Shown: piece after piece, positions 1 to 24,600 of the stretch
Layout of the letters: each line of letters starts with the position of its first letter
How positions within the stretch are numbered: position 1 is the stretch's first letter
DNA from: Phoronis australis
Lineage: Eukaryota > Animalia > Phoronida
DNA length: 64,000 nt
Direction: 5' to 3'
NCBI GenBank assembly: GCA_002633005.1
Contig: NMRA01000038.1
Coordinates: 1,244,883 to 1,308,882 of the forward strand
Notes under the pieces: model-generated
What the model was told of the DNA's origin: nothing
Database searches by the model: none
Seen by the model: only the letters and a program-made list of their open reading frames with translations
Program-made: the position numbers and the translations under genes

Positions 1-642
1 GACTTAAGAAGCGGAGTGTGCAGTTTGTGAAAAATAGTGCTACTGCTTTTAGAAACAGAGAGTATTAGCCGTCCCAAATTCACGAATTACCATCAATGAC
101 AAATGGATACTTGATGTTTCTTACCATCAGGAGGCACAAAAAGGTTCCGTTGGTAACTAATTTGGGATTTTATGGACTGCCAAGTCCTCTATTGGATTCT
201 GTTGATACAAAAATGGGATGTTCAAAATTTGTGAAATACTATGAGTGCCAAAATCGACCATGTCCCTAATCATTTGTGAAAATTCAATTTCACCTTGAAT
301 TTCTGTGTTCCAAATTTTAAAATCTATCCTAAACTGGAGAATTTTAACTCTACTATTAACTAACTCTGAAGAAAAATCCAATTTTTCTAGGTTTCAATGT
401 AGGGCTTCGTTGTTAAGTTCCAGTGGCACTTTGCCATGGATAATCTTAAATTTATCATTTAATGGTCGAGAGAATGCTACTATCATCTCATCTTATATTC
501 GAAGCTTATGCAGGAACTGGTTGTCTAGTTTGGTAGACCCGTGCTCATCTTACCAAATCAACTTGCAAGACGGTGATTGCTCTACTTTAGTCATTTTTAA
601 GCACAACTTCACTGAGAAGTGCAAGTTTAGTGTTCATGTTAA

Positions 643-12618
<11,976 letters not shown>

Positions 12619-15533
12619 TAACAAGTGCATTGTTAGTTGTGTTTTACATGTTCCTGCCATGTAACCATAGCACAGTGTCTAGGAAATGAAAATGAAAAGA
12701 GTTACACTGCACAGATCTGGTGACAAGTGACTTAACATCAAGTTACATTTGTTGATGCAAATGTCAAAGAATGTTTCACTTACACCGAATATCAAGGACG
12801 TGCTAATGGATAACTGAGATTTCCTATATGAATGTGTACATAAAACGGACTTGTTTTATGTTCAGTGCTCGTTTCAGGAACAGTGACTCGAGTTTTAGCC
12901 GTGGTGCCATCAGAGATATTGAGTGGGTGATTAGAGAAAATTGCAAGTTGTAGTCGACGCTTCGTTAATATTACTCAATTATCAAGCCACCTTCAGATAA
13001 ATCAAAAATGTATTTTCGTAAATATTTTGAATTTTTCAATGTGTCTTCTTCAGCTAATACTGTTGTGATGTGTTTGTGTTTTCCTGGCAGTATTTCTGGC
13101 TGACTATATTAGTGGTACAGTCCACCAGTGCAGTGTCCAACCTATCATAACTTTGTTCATATTAGGATAATCCCAGTTATGATCAGTATTCACCCGTTTT
13201 GCTGGATACAGGTTTATTTATTTAGACAGCATCTCGTTGTGAGTTATGTAACAGCACAGAGCTTAATTCCTTCAACAAGAAAATCATCTCGCTTGTCATT
13301 TTTGTGGTATTTATGTTGTGTTTTGTTGTTATTAGTCTCGAATTCTTTTCAGTCAGTAGCGTAACTGTATTCATAAAATGGGTGTATGTGGTGAAATGTT
13401 AGCTGGATGTGTAGTAAATCTCTGCACAGTACTAGGTTATAAATTTGACAAGCCTCTCCAATTAAAGTTTTCTATTTTTATCATTCGTTGTACAAGCTGA
13501 CTTTGTAGCCAACATTTTTGAAATTATGCAGGACTTTTGAATCCAGTTCATAACCTGCAAGTTGGTGATTGACTGTTAAGGTCAAGTAGCATTTTTATAT
13601 GTTGGCCTTTGGCCAACTTTTTTTGTCTATTGCTGCTACATGTTTCTGATCATTGTTGTACAAGATAGTGTCGTTGAAGTCCAGATTAACAAGTTCTGAC
13701 TCTTGACGGATTATGTGCATTTGGAGTTTTGACTCCGATTACTCTTGTGTATTTGATAAAAATTCTTTTCAGTGTCTGTTGCACAACCTTGTACATACCC
13801 AGTTACACAAAACATGCAACATTGACTGGGTCTGAATTCTATTGTGGACATGCAGGGAATTGATTTGGTATATTTGAAAAATTAATGCATTGTTGTGTGA
13901 ATTTTGTAAAGGTAAACTGGACTAAATGCGCAATGAGCTTCAGGTACTGACTGTTGGTGCTGAAATGAGAGTTGACCTCACATTCTCCCGTGTTGTTTTT
14001 TTTTTTTCTCCAAACTCGGATTTCATATACTTTCATGTAGTCATTGACACTAGTTAATGAGGGAGTTGAATTATGTTCGGCTCAAAACCTGCCTTAATGG
14101 AACAGCATGAAATCAGCTTCAGTTTATAACCGATCTGATGCAACAACTGGGTTTGGAGAGGTGTAGTCTTAGGACTAGTGCGGGTGGAGAGTTACAGGCT
14201 TTGGATGCAAGTGTGCTCGGCTTATTGCTCATATCTGTACCAAAATGAATGGTAAGAAATTTGCCTCGCGAGGTGGTGAAGCAAATGTCTCAGTTGCTTG
14301 GTTTCTGTTGCCTTGGTGGCACAAATCCTCATAGCACCAAGGTATGATGCCAACTACTTCTGGTAGCCGACGAAAATTTAATTATTGTACCAACTGACAA
14401 CAAATCTCTTTCGTTCGTGTATACTACATTTACTATGAACATATTTTACAGGTCTGGTAGGTGGCTTAAGCTTTCACCAGAGGCAGGTTGCTGAACTTGT
14501 AACTCTCCGTGTTGTGCCCGTTTTATCAGTAGTAATTAAGATGACCGTAAACAAGATTGTGATTGTAACATCCATTATTCTGATAACAAAATATTGCATC
14601 TACACCATAGGTTGCTCCATAGTTGCATTCACACTTACTAGTCAGCTGTGTAACCACTGTATTGAACTGTGCCAGAATACATGAAGGTCATGGCTGTAGG
14701 TGGCCATGTGACCTTTGATAAAACAAACCTCTGAACCTGGGTTTCCGTTCTTAGTCATATTTGCGGGCTTGTGCAGTTTTGAGGGGTATTCCACATTTAG
14801 TCTTGGTTTGGAGGGTTGTTGGTGCAGCGAAAATCGTACTACAGGATTTTATGTGCAATATGACAGTGCAGAGTTCCGAGTTTGTCAATAAATATCTTTC
14901 AATTATTGCTTTCTTTTTTGAAACGTTCAGAATTGGAGGGAGCTTCAAGAACATTTCATACAAGGTACTTCTCAGTATTTCACGCTGGAACAAATGTTAT
15001 GCGTAATTGGTTTAAATTTGATTAAATGAACTTCAGTAACGTATCCGTGGTAATGATTAATGTTCATTTGTGGTGTTTACTCGATTTATTTCATAAAAAT
15101 AAACTATCAATATATACAATATTTACACATATATGACTAAGCATTTCTACCATAGTCAAAACCAGCAAGGTGATACAGGCAGGCACATTCTTTTTTAGTT
15201 TCCAGGTTTCACAAATTTCTGCCTCCATTTTTATTCAAGCTATATTTCATCTTGTTTAGATGTTTAAAAAATGAAAATCCGCCTCGTAGTAGCTTTACCA
15301 TTTAATATAGGATTCTATCTACGTTGGCAGAACAAGTCGCAGGCAATGCAAGCATGAGTTGCTGATGGTTTCGATGTTCTTGTTGGAAACGGAAATGGAA
15401 TCCTAACATAGTAAGGAATATTATGAGAGTTGAATGTTCGCTTTAGCCAACTAAACAAGGCAAAATGCAGCTTCTAATAGCACCATCCATAATAGTTAGA
15501 TTTACAGTAAAATTTCTAACACCTCAGAAAGCT

Positions 15534-15672
15534 TCACAATATTGACTTGTATTTGCACGCATACATAATCCAAACGGCGCATGCCGACTCGGGGTACATG
15601 AACACACGTACGCGTAATCCATGGCGTACGTGATCACCACGGCAACTGACTATCTCGTCACACACCTGGGAC
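15534..15672 (-). CDS. CEP76: CEP76 last exon (SQVCDEIVSCRGDHVR...YPESACAVWIMYACKYKSIL*)
   Basis: ttacag acceptor; conserved C-terminus. Confidence 0.94.
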
Positions 15673-18600
15673 CTGTAAAAATAACAGCTGTTATACTCAC
15701 AAAATATGTGAAGGATAAATTAGTTCAAACAGTCGCAAAAGTTCACGGTTGTTTTCTAGATAAGGTGTCGTGAACAGACAATTTATTTCAGCCAGTACTT
15801 TACTGCCCTGAAGTCATTGCTAATGTGGGAATTGCCCTGCTCCACACAAAAGCAGCTATATCAATGTTTCTGATATCGAAGGATTCTGTTTACCGCGGCC
15901 TCTGTACAAATCTACTAATAAAGTGCTCACGGCCATGGTACGGGCCAAGTTTTTTATGTCTATAATGGTATGAATCGAGTCCTCTCAAGAGTGATCTACT
16001 TAACGCAACACAAACTAAGACCTTACCTTAAGCTCGATGTAAATGCTTTTCTGGCATTCCGGTGAACAAACTGTATTGGGTAGCCTTTGAATGTATGGCC
16101 ATCGGGAACACAACGTCGGATGGCATGCTGAAACTCTTCATTGCCAGCTGATAATCCTACAGACATAATCATACAAGACATAATTGTACGGACATAATCC
16201 TAGCGACACAATCATACAAGACATAATCTTAAAGACATAAATTGTACATATAGATTTATTACATGGCGAAGTCGTTATCCCCCGTAATATAGAGCCTGAG
16301 TGGATTTTGGAGAATTATCGCCAAAGGGGCTGCAGAGGCCTGGTGTCGGAGGTCGTGACCTTTTAAGAAACGCTGAGTTTTTCTTGATATTGATGTTTTT
16401 ACTTAAAATCAAATAAAAATTGAAACAAAATAGAAATAAAGTGAATCCTGTAAAATAACTTTTAAGCGACTAGTCTAGCTTACTTCGCATCTTTTCATGC
16501 TAAGCTTCCACCGTGAAAATGTCGTCTGCTACAGTTGGTAACCAATGGTTACTAAGTATAATGTCTAATTCAAAGGATCCTGGCGACACATTGCTCGCAT
16601 TCAAACTGGAGATCGATGATTTACAAGTGAGAGAAAATGGCAAATAAATTTTACTGAATTAAAGATGTCGTTTTTAATGAAATTGTGTCTTATTTTTCAT
16701 TGCGTATAAATGTAGGTACAATGCCATTTGGTGAACACGCGATTGTTGCGCGTGCTCAATTAAGTATTCTATTGTCACAGTCAATGACGTCAGCTGCTGC
16801 GTGGTGCAGTGGTAAAGTCGAAGACTCGAAACTCTTGCAAAGCGGGTTCAAAACTGGCCTTGGTTTCCTGCCAAAATGTAAATGCCGTTAAATAACTAAA
16901 TGGGTTATTTAACGATTGCATTGGCCATTCGAGGCTGATATTGTGGTATAAAGAATAATCTCACATACATAATTCTACACGCACAATCCTACAGACACAA
17001 TCCCACAGACAAAATACCACAGACATAATCCTAGAGACATAATCCATTAGGCATAATCCTACAGACACAATGCCATAGACAAAATACCACAGATATAATC
17101 CTGCAGACATAATCCATTAGGCATAATCCTAGACACAATCCTACAGACACACTCCCACAGACACAATCCTACAGACACAATCCCACAGACATAATACTAA
17201 GGAGATGATTTCAGACACAATCCTACAGACACAATCCCACAGACATAATCCCGAGGAGATGATTCCACAGGCACAATCCTACCGACAAAATCCTACAAAC
17301 ACATTCCCACAGACATAATCTCAAGATGATTCCACAGGCACAATCCTACAGACACAATCCTACCGACACAATCCTACAGACACAATCCTACAGACACAAT
17401 CCTACAGACACAATCCTACCGACACAATCCTACAGACACAATCCCACAGACACAAAAAGACACCAAAATAGGAATCACACAGCATCTTCATTAATTTAGC
17501 ACATATGGCGGACAAGTGAAAATTCATTTTGTCAAATTTCTCAAACATGGATGCANATTGCTCGCATTCAAACTGGAGATGGATGATTTACAAGTGAGAG
17601 AAAATGACAGATAAATTTTACTGAATTAAAGATGTCGTTTCTACAGAAATTGTGAGTCTTGTTTTTTATAGCGTATAAATGTAGGTACAATGCCGTTTGG
17701 TGAACACGCGATTGTTGCGCATGCTCATAGTCAATGACGTCAGCTGCTGCGTGGTGCAGTGGTAAAGTCGACGACTCGAAACTCTTCCAAAGCGGGTTCA
17801 AAACTGGCCTTGGTTTCCTGCCAAAATGTTATTAATGCCGTTAAATAACTAAATGGGTTATTTAACGATTGTATTGGCCATTCGAGGCTGATATTGTGGT
17901 ATAAAGAATAATCTCGCATACATAATTCTACACGCACAATCCTACAGACACAATCCCACAGACAAAATACCACAGACATAATCCTAGAGATATAATCCAT
18001 TAGGCATAATCCTACAGACACAATCCCACACACATAATACTAAGGAGATGATTTCACAGACACAATCCTACAGACACAATCCCACAGACATAATCCCAAG
18101 GAGAAAATTCCACAGGCACAATCCTACAGACAAAATCCTACAGACACAATCCCACAGACATAATCCCAAGGAGATGATTCCAAAGACACAACCCTACAGA
18201 CACAAAAATAGGAATCACACAGCATCTTCATTAATTTAGCACATATGGCGGACAAGTAAAAATTCATTTTGTCAAATTTCTCAAACATGGATGCAATAAA
18301 GTTTTAATTCATTACTAATCAGCTGTAAAAACAACATTGCACTTATTAACCTCGTTAGAATTGGCAGGCTACACAATACATTAGATACTGCATGGATTGC
18401 TTAATAGCCAAAGTTAATCAAACAGTCATAGATGTAAAGAGCTATGTGTGGACATTTCAACTGATAACTCCAGCAGGCAAGCTCCTTGAGAAGCCTTCAG
18501 AGCCCTTGAAGATCACTGCTCCGCTACAAAATATCCTTTTACAACACTTTCAAAATTCAGAGGATTTACTAGGTTTTGGCTAAATGTGTAGTCAATGGGC

Positions 18601-21600
18601 AAAAACACGCCATTTCCGTTCCCTTGATTTTAAAACAGTCGCCTCGTCAGCCAGAGGGCAACGAGAATGATCAACTTTGCGTAAGAGCTACAGAAGAGTC
18701 TTGACTGAGATACACACCAGTGATTCTTTCAGTTTCATAAGCAGCCAAGGCTGGAGTGAGAAGGTAGCTGAGTTGATCATCCCAGCACGTGGTCAAACCA
18801 ATGTCCTGAAAGAGAACATTAGTGCAGAGTACAGAATGTCCGTAAAATGTATCTCACCTTAGTAGTAGCAAGTGTGGAACTTCTGATCGTTAACAGCAAT
18901 ACAGATGCAATGGAAATGATATTCTATTGTAGCGATGCACCAAGCAAATTTTCAGACCAATGAGACTGACAGTGACGCTATTTACGACATGTGAGCCAAC
19001 AGATGTCTCCCTATTACATAGTAATAGTAAGGATTCCTTCAGAAATAGTATCAGCATACCCACAATAAACAGCGTACCCACAATAGACAGTGTACCCATG
19101 ATCAACACCCTCAGATTTTCGTTGAATAAACAAGTAACGGTTTCACATGTTACACTGAATTCCGTTCAAGTTTCTAACGGAATCATGCGTTTGCAAATTC
19201 TTGCATTTTTACATGCAGGTAATAACACGTTGAAGTAGCACAAAAAGCAGATAACTGGGAAGTATCCATATGCAAAAAAATTATAAATTTGAAGCAGAAA
19301 TATACATGAAACAGTACTTAAAATTCCTAAATTTAATTTCATTGAATTACTCCTGGTCACAAAATCACTATGACTTCTACAGACGTCTTCTCGGAAATGC
19401 TGAGTTGTGCGAGGTTGATCGTGGGTACACTCTGTTTGTGGCTCAAGTGAGTTGTCTTCTATAGCTTGTAAAATTTTTGTCTGTTGACCAACATTCTCTT
19501 AGGTGACACCATTTGAAAGCCCAGGAAAATAGGTTTCATTACATTGAATAAGCTTTTCCAGAAATATCACAGAATTTAGTATATAAAAATACAAAATGAT
19601 GTGAAAAGATGTCGAAGATGGACACGCTTATGCTACTCACATTCTAAAGTATTTTCTTGTTGAAACTACTTTCCCTATGACAGGACCTGCAGAGTATGTT
19701 ATGTGTGTGACTTGTATTTTTCCCAGACATCTACTCGAAACTTGTTTGCACAGCTTTCATAACCACACAGGTCATTATTTCTAAAGTAACTAATCAGTAG
19801 CGCCATCTATTGTAACAATAATGAATTGAACTCTCACCTCCCTATGCTGAACTATGAGTGCACGGAGCTGCAGTTCCAGTTCATTACTGGCCACTAGGGG
19901 ATCTGACGGCGAGGCACACAGCTGTGGTAAAGCTGGCCATGAAGGCATGGCCCCAGCACCACAGACGGATTGTATGGCATCCTCAGACATTGACTTCCAT
20001 CGCGATTGGTCATCAAAGTTGAACACGCATATTGGCACGTCATCGGAAACCTGCCAATAAGTGGAAAGCATACAGTATATAAACACCAATTTAATGCAAG
20101 GGGAAACGCTGCCAAATCTATTTTAAATCAAAGTATTTATTTTAGGTTTGGATGGGGGAACCAGTACGAATAGTGGCTTAAAATTTTAGGGACCGTTGTA
20201 AAACGTGGGTGACATTCACACACAATAAGCATTTTATAATTGACATGCAAAGTCAACAAAAGCAGTACTGAATCCTGCTTTTAGTCATAAAACTACATGG
20301 CCCGTGTAAGTAAACAGAGCTTAACAAAGGGTTTATGGTCGTGGCTGAGAAGATATTGTTTTATTACCCCGATGGATTCTGCACAGCCTAGCCTGGAATG
20401 GGTAGCAATTTTTTACATGGCCCGTGTAAGTAAACAAAGGGTTTATGGTCGTGGCTGAGAAGATAAATGTTTTATTACCCCGGCCTATACTCCGTTTTGA
20501 ATTGCCAATCCCAAAGAGTTGCCTTCAGGGTAACTTTCCAAACCAATTGTGACTAGATAGGTTGGATTGGTGGCTCCTAATGCCCCTCTGGCTGTGAATG
20601 AAAGAACTTCTACTTTGCAGTGGTTAACTTTATTCAAAGTTCAAAGGCCAGGAATATACCTAGGTTTGAAAACCCCGCTCGCCAGCTGGGCGAGTGAGCC
20701 AGAAAATCTACTCGCCCAACCCGAAGTTCAGTCGCCCGGCCGTTTGCACCACTTGCTGTCAATCTCAATAAAAACCATCGTTTCATGCGTTCATGTCATC
20801 ATCTACTAGGACTTGTATCGTTTTTAGAAAATGAATTTCTACCAAGAAACTTTTGACGTCGATGAATTCCAAGCAATGCAAGACGTTTCCTAATTGGCGC
20901 AAAGCTACATGCAATGTAGTAATATAGGCTACAGCTACGGCGCTGATGTAGGTAAAAGACTGATCAGATAAAATCTGACACAAAAGTAGTTTTATTAAAA
21001 ACTGAACTCTGAACTCTTCCTCACTCCTGACACCACAATGGAAGAGCCCAACCAAAAGCAACAGGGCAAGAAATCAACTTGTCATTAAGTGCAAGTCAAA
21101 CATTCTGTCCACATACGTCAATGTGGTCAAAAACTTATTCTTTGAACTTTTGATTTGTCTGGTGACTTTTTACATTTGTGTTTGCTACATTGTTTTGGCA
21201 GCTGAGGTGCACTCCTATGCATAATAGTAATATTGTCCGATTGTTGAGCACGTGCGTTGAATAAGCGTCGTGTTGGCTTTGAACTAAAAAAAGAAATATA
21301 CAATGTATATGAAATGTTACATTGCTCAAATTAAGTTCAAAGAATTCAGTTTGAAGACCTGTCAATCATTAGTACGTGTTTGGTTGCCTAACTTAAGTTC
21401 AACTGAAGTATTCAGTAAGAAGACCTGTCAATCATTAGCACGTATTTGGTTGCCTAGGTGTCCAGCGGGAAGCAAATCTTTACAAAATCAAGTGCTTCTC
21501 TTAGAAATACACCGTGAACTAGCGGAATCTTGCTTGATCAGTCTTTTCTGTCACAAAACTTGCCCTACTGAATGCAGGCCTACCTATAGGAATACTTTAG

Positions 21601-24600
21601 TACTAAGAAATGACAAAGAGCCACCGAGGTACGTAAAAACCCAATCACGATCAGGATCACGACGCCACTGTATCGTACACTACAGGCCTTCGGAAGTCCG
21701 TTACTTCAATCCCCAGACCTATATTTTAACTGATATGCTTGAAGTCCGACGTCAGTGTAGCTCCGTGAGGGTAAAATCGGTCCTCCGTGCAGTAAGCAAC
21801 AACTCAAGACTTTTCAAAAATTTTGATTTTAACCGCCCATGCTCGGCTTACCACCCTGTTTTTTAGATTCCCAATTTAAGCGCCCTGGGCGGTATGGCGG
21901 ACGAGTACGGTATTCATTGTATTGCCAGTGACTTAACTCCATGAAACAGACTCCTGGTTGCACACAAGTTGGTTCCTAATTCCTTCAGAGCTTGCAATGA
22001 CCAATGACAAAAAAGCGGAAAATTTCTTGAGTGATGTATCATTCTTGTGTGAAAGAAATATTTTTTGTGTTGTAAAATTTAATTGAAATAGATGTTTTTG
22101 CATGAATAAAGTAAAAATAATGATAAAAGAGATGAAAAAAGAGGAAACTGGAAATCAAATAAGAGGAAAACGAAACCAAGAAAGAGGAAATCCTCTTAAA
22201 AGAAAGGCAAATTCCAAGCCCTGTTCCTTACAGCGCTATTGTGATTGTTCACCAAAGGTGCCGTCAGATACCATTGCATTGCAGAAGTTAAATTACTAAG
22301 CAGATTCTTGTCTGAGTGATTCTACGATATTGTCCCATCGAATACAAGTAAAAATACAACAAAAATGCTGAATAAGTTGCATCTAATAGTCGATTCCACA
22401 ATTTTCCCAAAAACATAACAGCAAAAATACCATGGCATTGAAATTCCACTCCATTTTCCTGCATAACTGACACGACAAATTCTGTGGAATCAGGCATATC
22501 AATTATATCCCCTGGTAATTGCTGTGGTGGTGGCAGCATAACTGCAGCCGACACACAGTGCCATCTATTAGAAATCAGTAGAACTAACACTAGTCCTCAT
22601 TACCTGACTGTTGGCATAAAAACTGGTGTGGTTGAAGACACATCCGACGGTTCTGTAGGGGTAGACGGGTTTAGGCTGGGGTACAGACGGAGGATCATCT
22701 GGGTTGATAGGATTGTGTATATACCTGTGCAAATAGAGCATGAGGTATAATATTCTGTAGGGAAACACTACACTATTAAAATTTAAGAAAAATTATTTGA
22801 GTAGTTGGCACTGACAGACTGATGAACATCCAAAATTTACTATCAAGACTCTTGAATGTGGAATATACATTAAAAGGTATAGTCCTAAACCTTTGTCTCT
22901 TCACATTCACAAAACTTAAACATTGCAAAAATATCTAAAAGCAACGTATTTGTCAATGTTCATTACAAGTACCTGTTGCCAGTCAAGCTCTCCCAGAATG
23001 TGACTAGGCCGTCCGGCGCAAGTGTCATCACCCATGTATGTACCGCACCTTTAGATTTTGTTCCCACACAGACGTATGAATCCAGACCGAAACCCAGTAG
23101 TAGACTACACAGAAGCACCGCGTGGTCTTCACAGTCCTGAGGTGGAGAAAACACCGATGACTTATGTCATAAGGCATTGTGTCCAGTCTACTGGCTGGAG
23201 GAGAATTGCCAAATGCAATATACTGCGGGAAAAGGGTTTCAAGAAATCTTAAGGTACCCTATTACGCTAATTTCAATATCTGAGTCATCTTGGGATTGCG
23301 AGGGGTTTATGAAAGAGCCTCAAAAAAGCCAGTGACGTGGCACTCCTTGGAAACAGGAAAACAGGGACGTTTCTCAAAAATGAATTAAGGACAGGGCATT
23401 ACAATCTCAACAAATAACAATGCTTCAGTACAATGGCTGTCTTTCATTGCAAACTTCACAGCATTTTACAGACTCCTGTCAGCACAAGTGTAGTAACGCG
23501 GTTGCATGGGTAGTTATTGGATTCACGATGATACACTGATTTACAGTATATACACATGTTATGGGAACCTCCACTGCACATCTATCATGGATGATAGAAA
23601 CTCATCAGGAGTAAAACCTACAAAAACTCCAAAAGAAAGCATGATTTTACCTTGATGCACATACTAGAGACAAAAATCAGACAGCCTAGCCAAGAGGCCT
23701 AAGCACGCCTTGTGCACAGTCACAACCGTCAAGCCACCAGCCTATCTTATTTATGACATAAGATGTTGGCATGCACTCAAAGAATATAACATAAATTACG
23801 GTAAATATTCTCCATATTGGGACTTTATCTTAAAATTTGGGACATTGAAATTCAAGCAGAAATTGAATTTTGGCGTTCATCACATTTCTCAAATTTCATA
23901 CAATGGATTTTTGTATCACCAAAGTTTACTGATACAGTAGTAACAAGTTCATAAAAACCATCAACACAACCTTTGCACGTGTCAAAGTGTGTAACACAGA
24001 GGTGAATGATTTTTCGTCATTGATTGTAACTCTTGAATTTGGGACAACCAATACTGGCTATTTCCAAAATTTATTCTGACCTTGAATAAAGTAATTAAAT
24101 TTGAACGTCTCCAAAGAATTTTTATCAGAGGCTGATATTATAGCAATCGACTATTAATTACATTCACAGAGTTCACTGATAGTGTGTGTGAATATGAATT
24201 CCAAGTACAAATTTTTCTGATTTTTGTTTTGTTGAATAGTTTGCTTTGCATTTGGGCATCAATTTGCTGTAAAAGACGAAACACAAAAGAAGTATAGTTG
24301 GTGATGGCGATTTCTATTGTATACAGTGAAGTACTCCATGACACTCACTCTCAAAATTTCTTTACGAACCCGTCAGAAATCCGTTATCAAACTGCACTTC
24401 ATGAGATATTTGTATAGTTGACATATGACAAATTTATACTTTTTTTAATTTAATAATCTGTTTCTTTCATGCTTTTGATAAATGATCACCGTTCAGTTGC
24501 CAGGATAAACTAAGAATGTTTAGTACATTTTAGAAATAAGTTTTTGTCAATTTTGACACTTTTTTGTCATGTAACTCATGACATCTACTGCAGATCTTCC

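Larger units (their letters stand above)
16590..18295. other. Tandem duplication 16590..17555 / 17557..18295 split by a single N; probable unmerged haplotypes
   Basis: Second copy restarts right after N at 17556; scattered substitutions, indels and VNTR length difference. Confidence 0.8.

Noticed and set aside
16535-16552. X-box-like palindrome gtaaccaatggttac in a centriolar gene
   Set aside because: Imperfect RFX consensus, ~15 kb from the CEP76 start and next to repeat DNA.
16965-18203. Regular short repeats resembling a CRISPR array
   Set aside because: Contiguous 14-bp units with no unique spacers, no cas genes, inside a spliceosomal intron.
21303-21866. 187-aa ORF antisense in a CEP76 intron
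   Set aside because: Runs through a local duplication and a MITE-related repeat; no recognisable domain.
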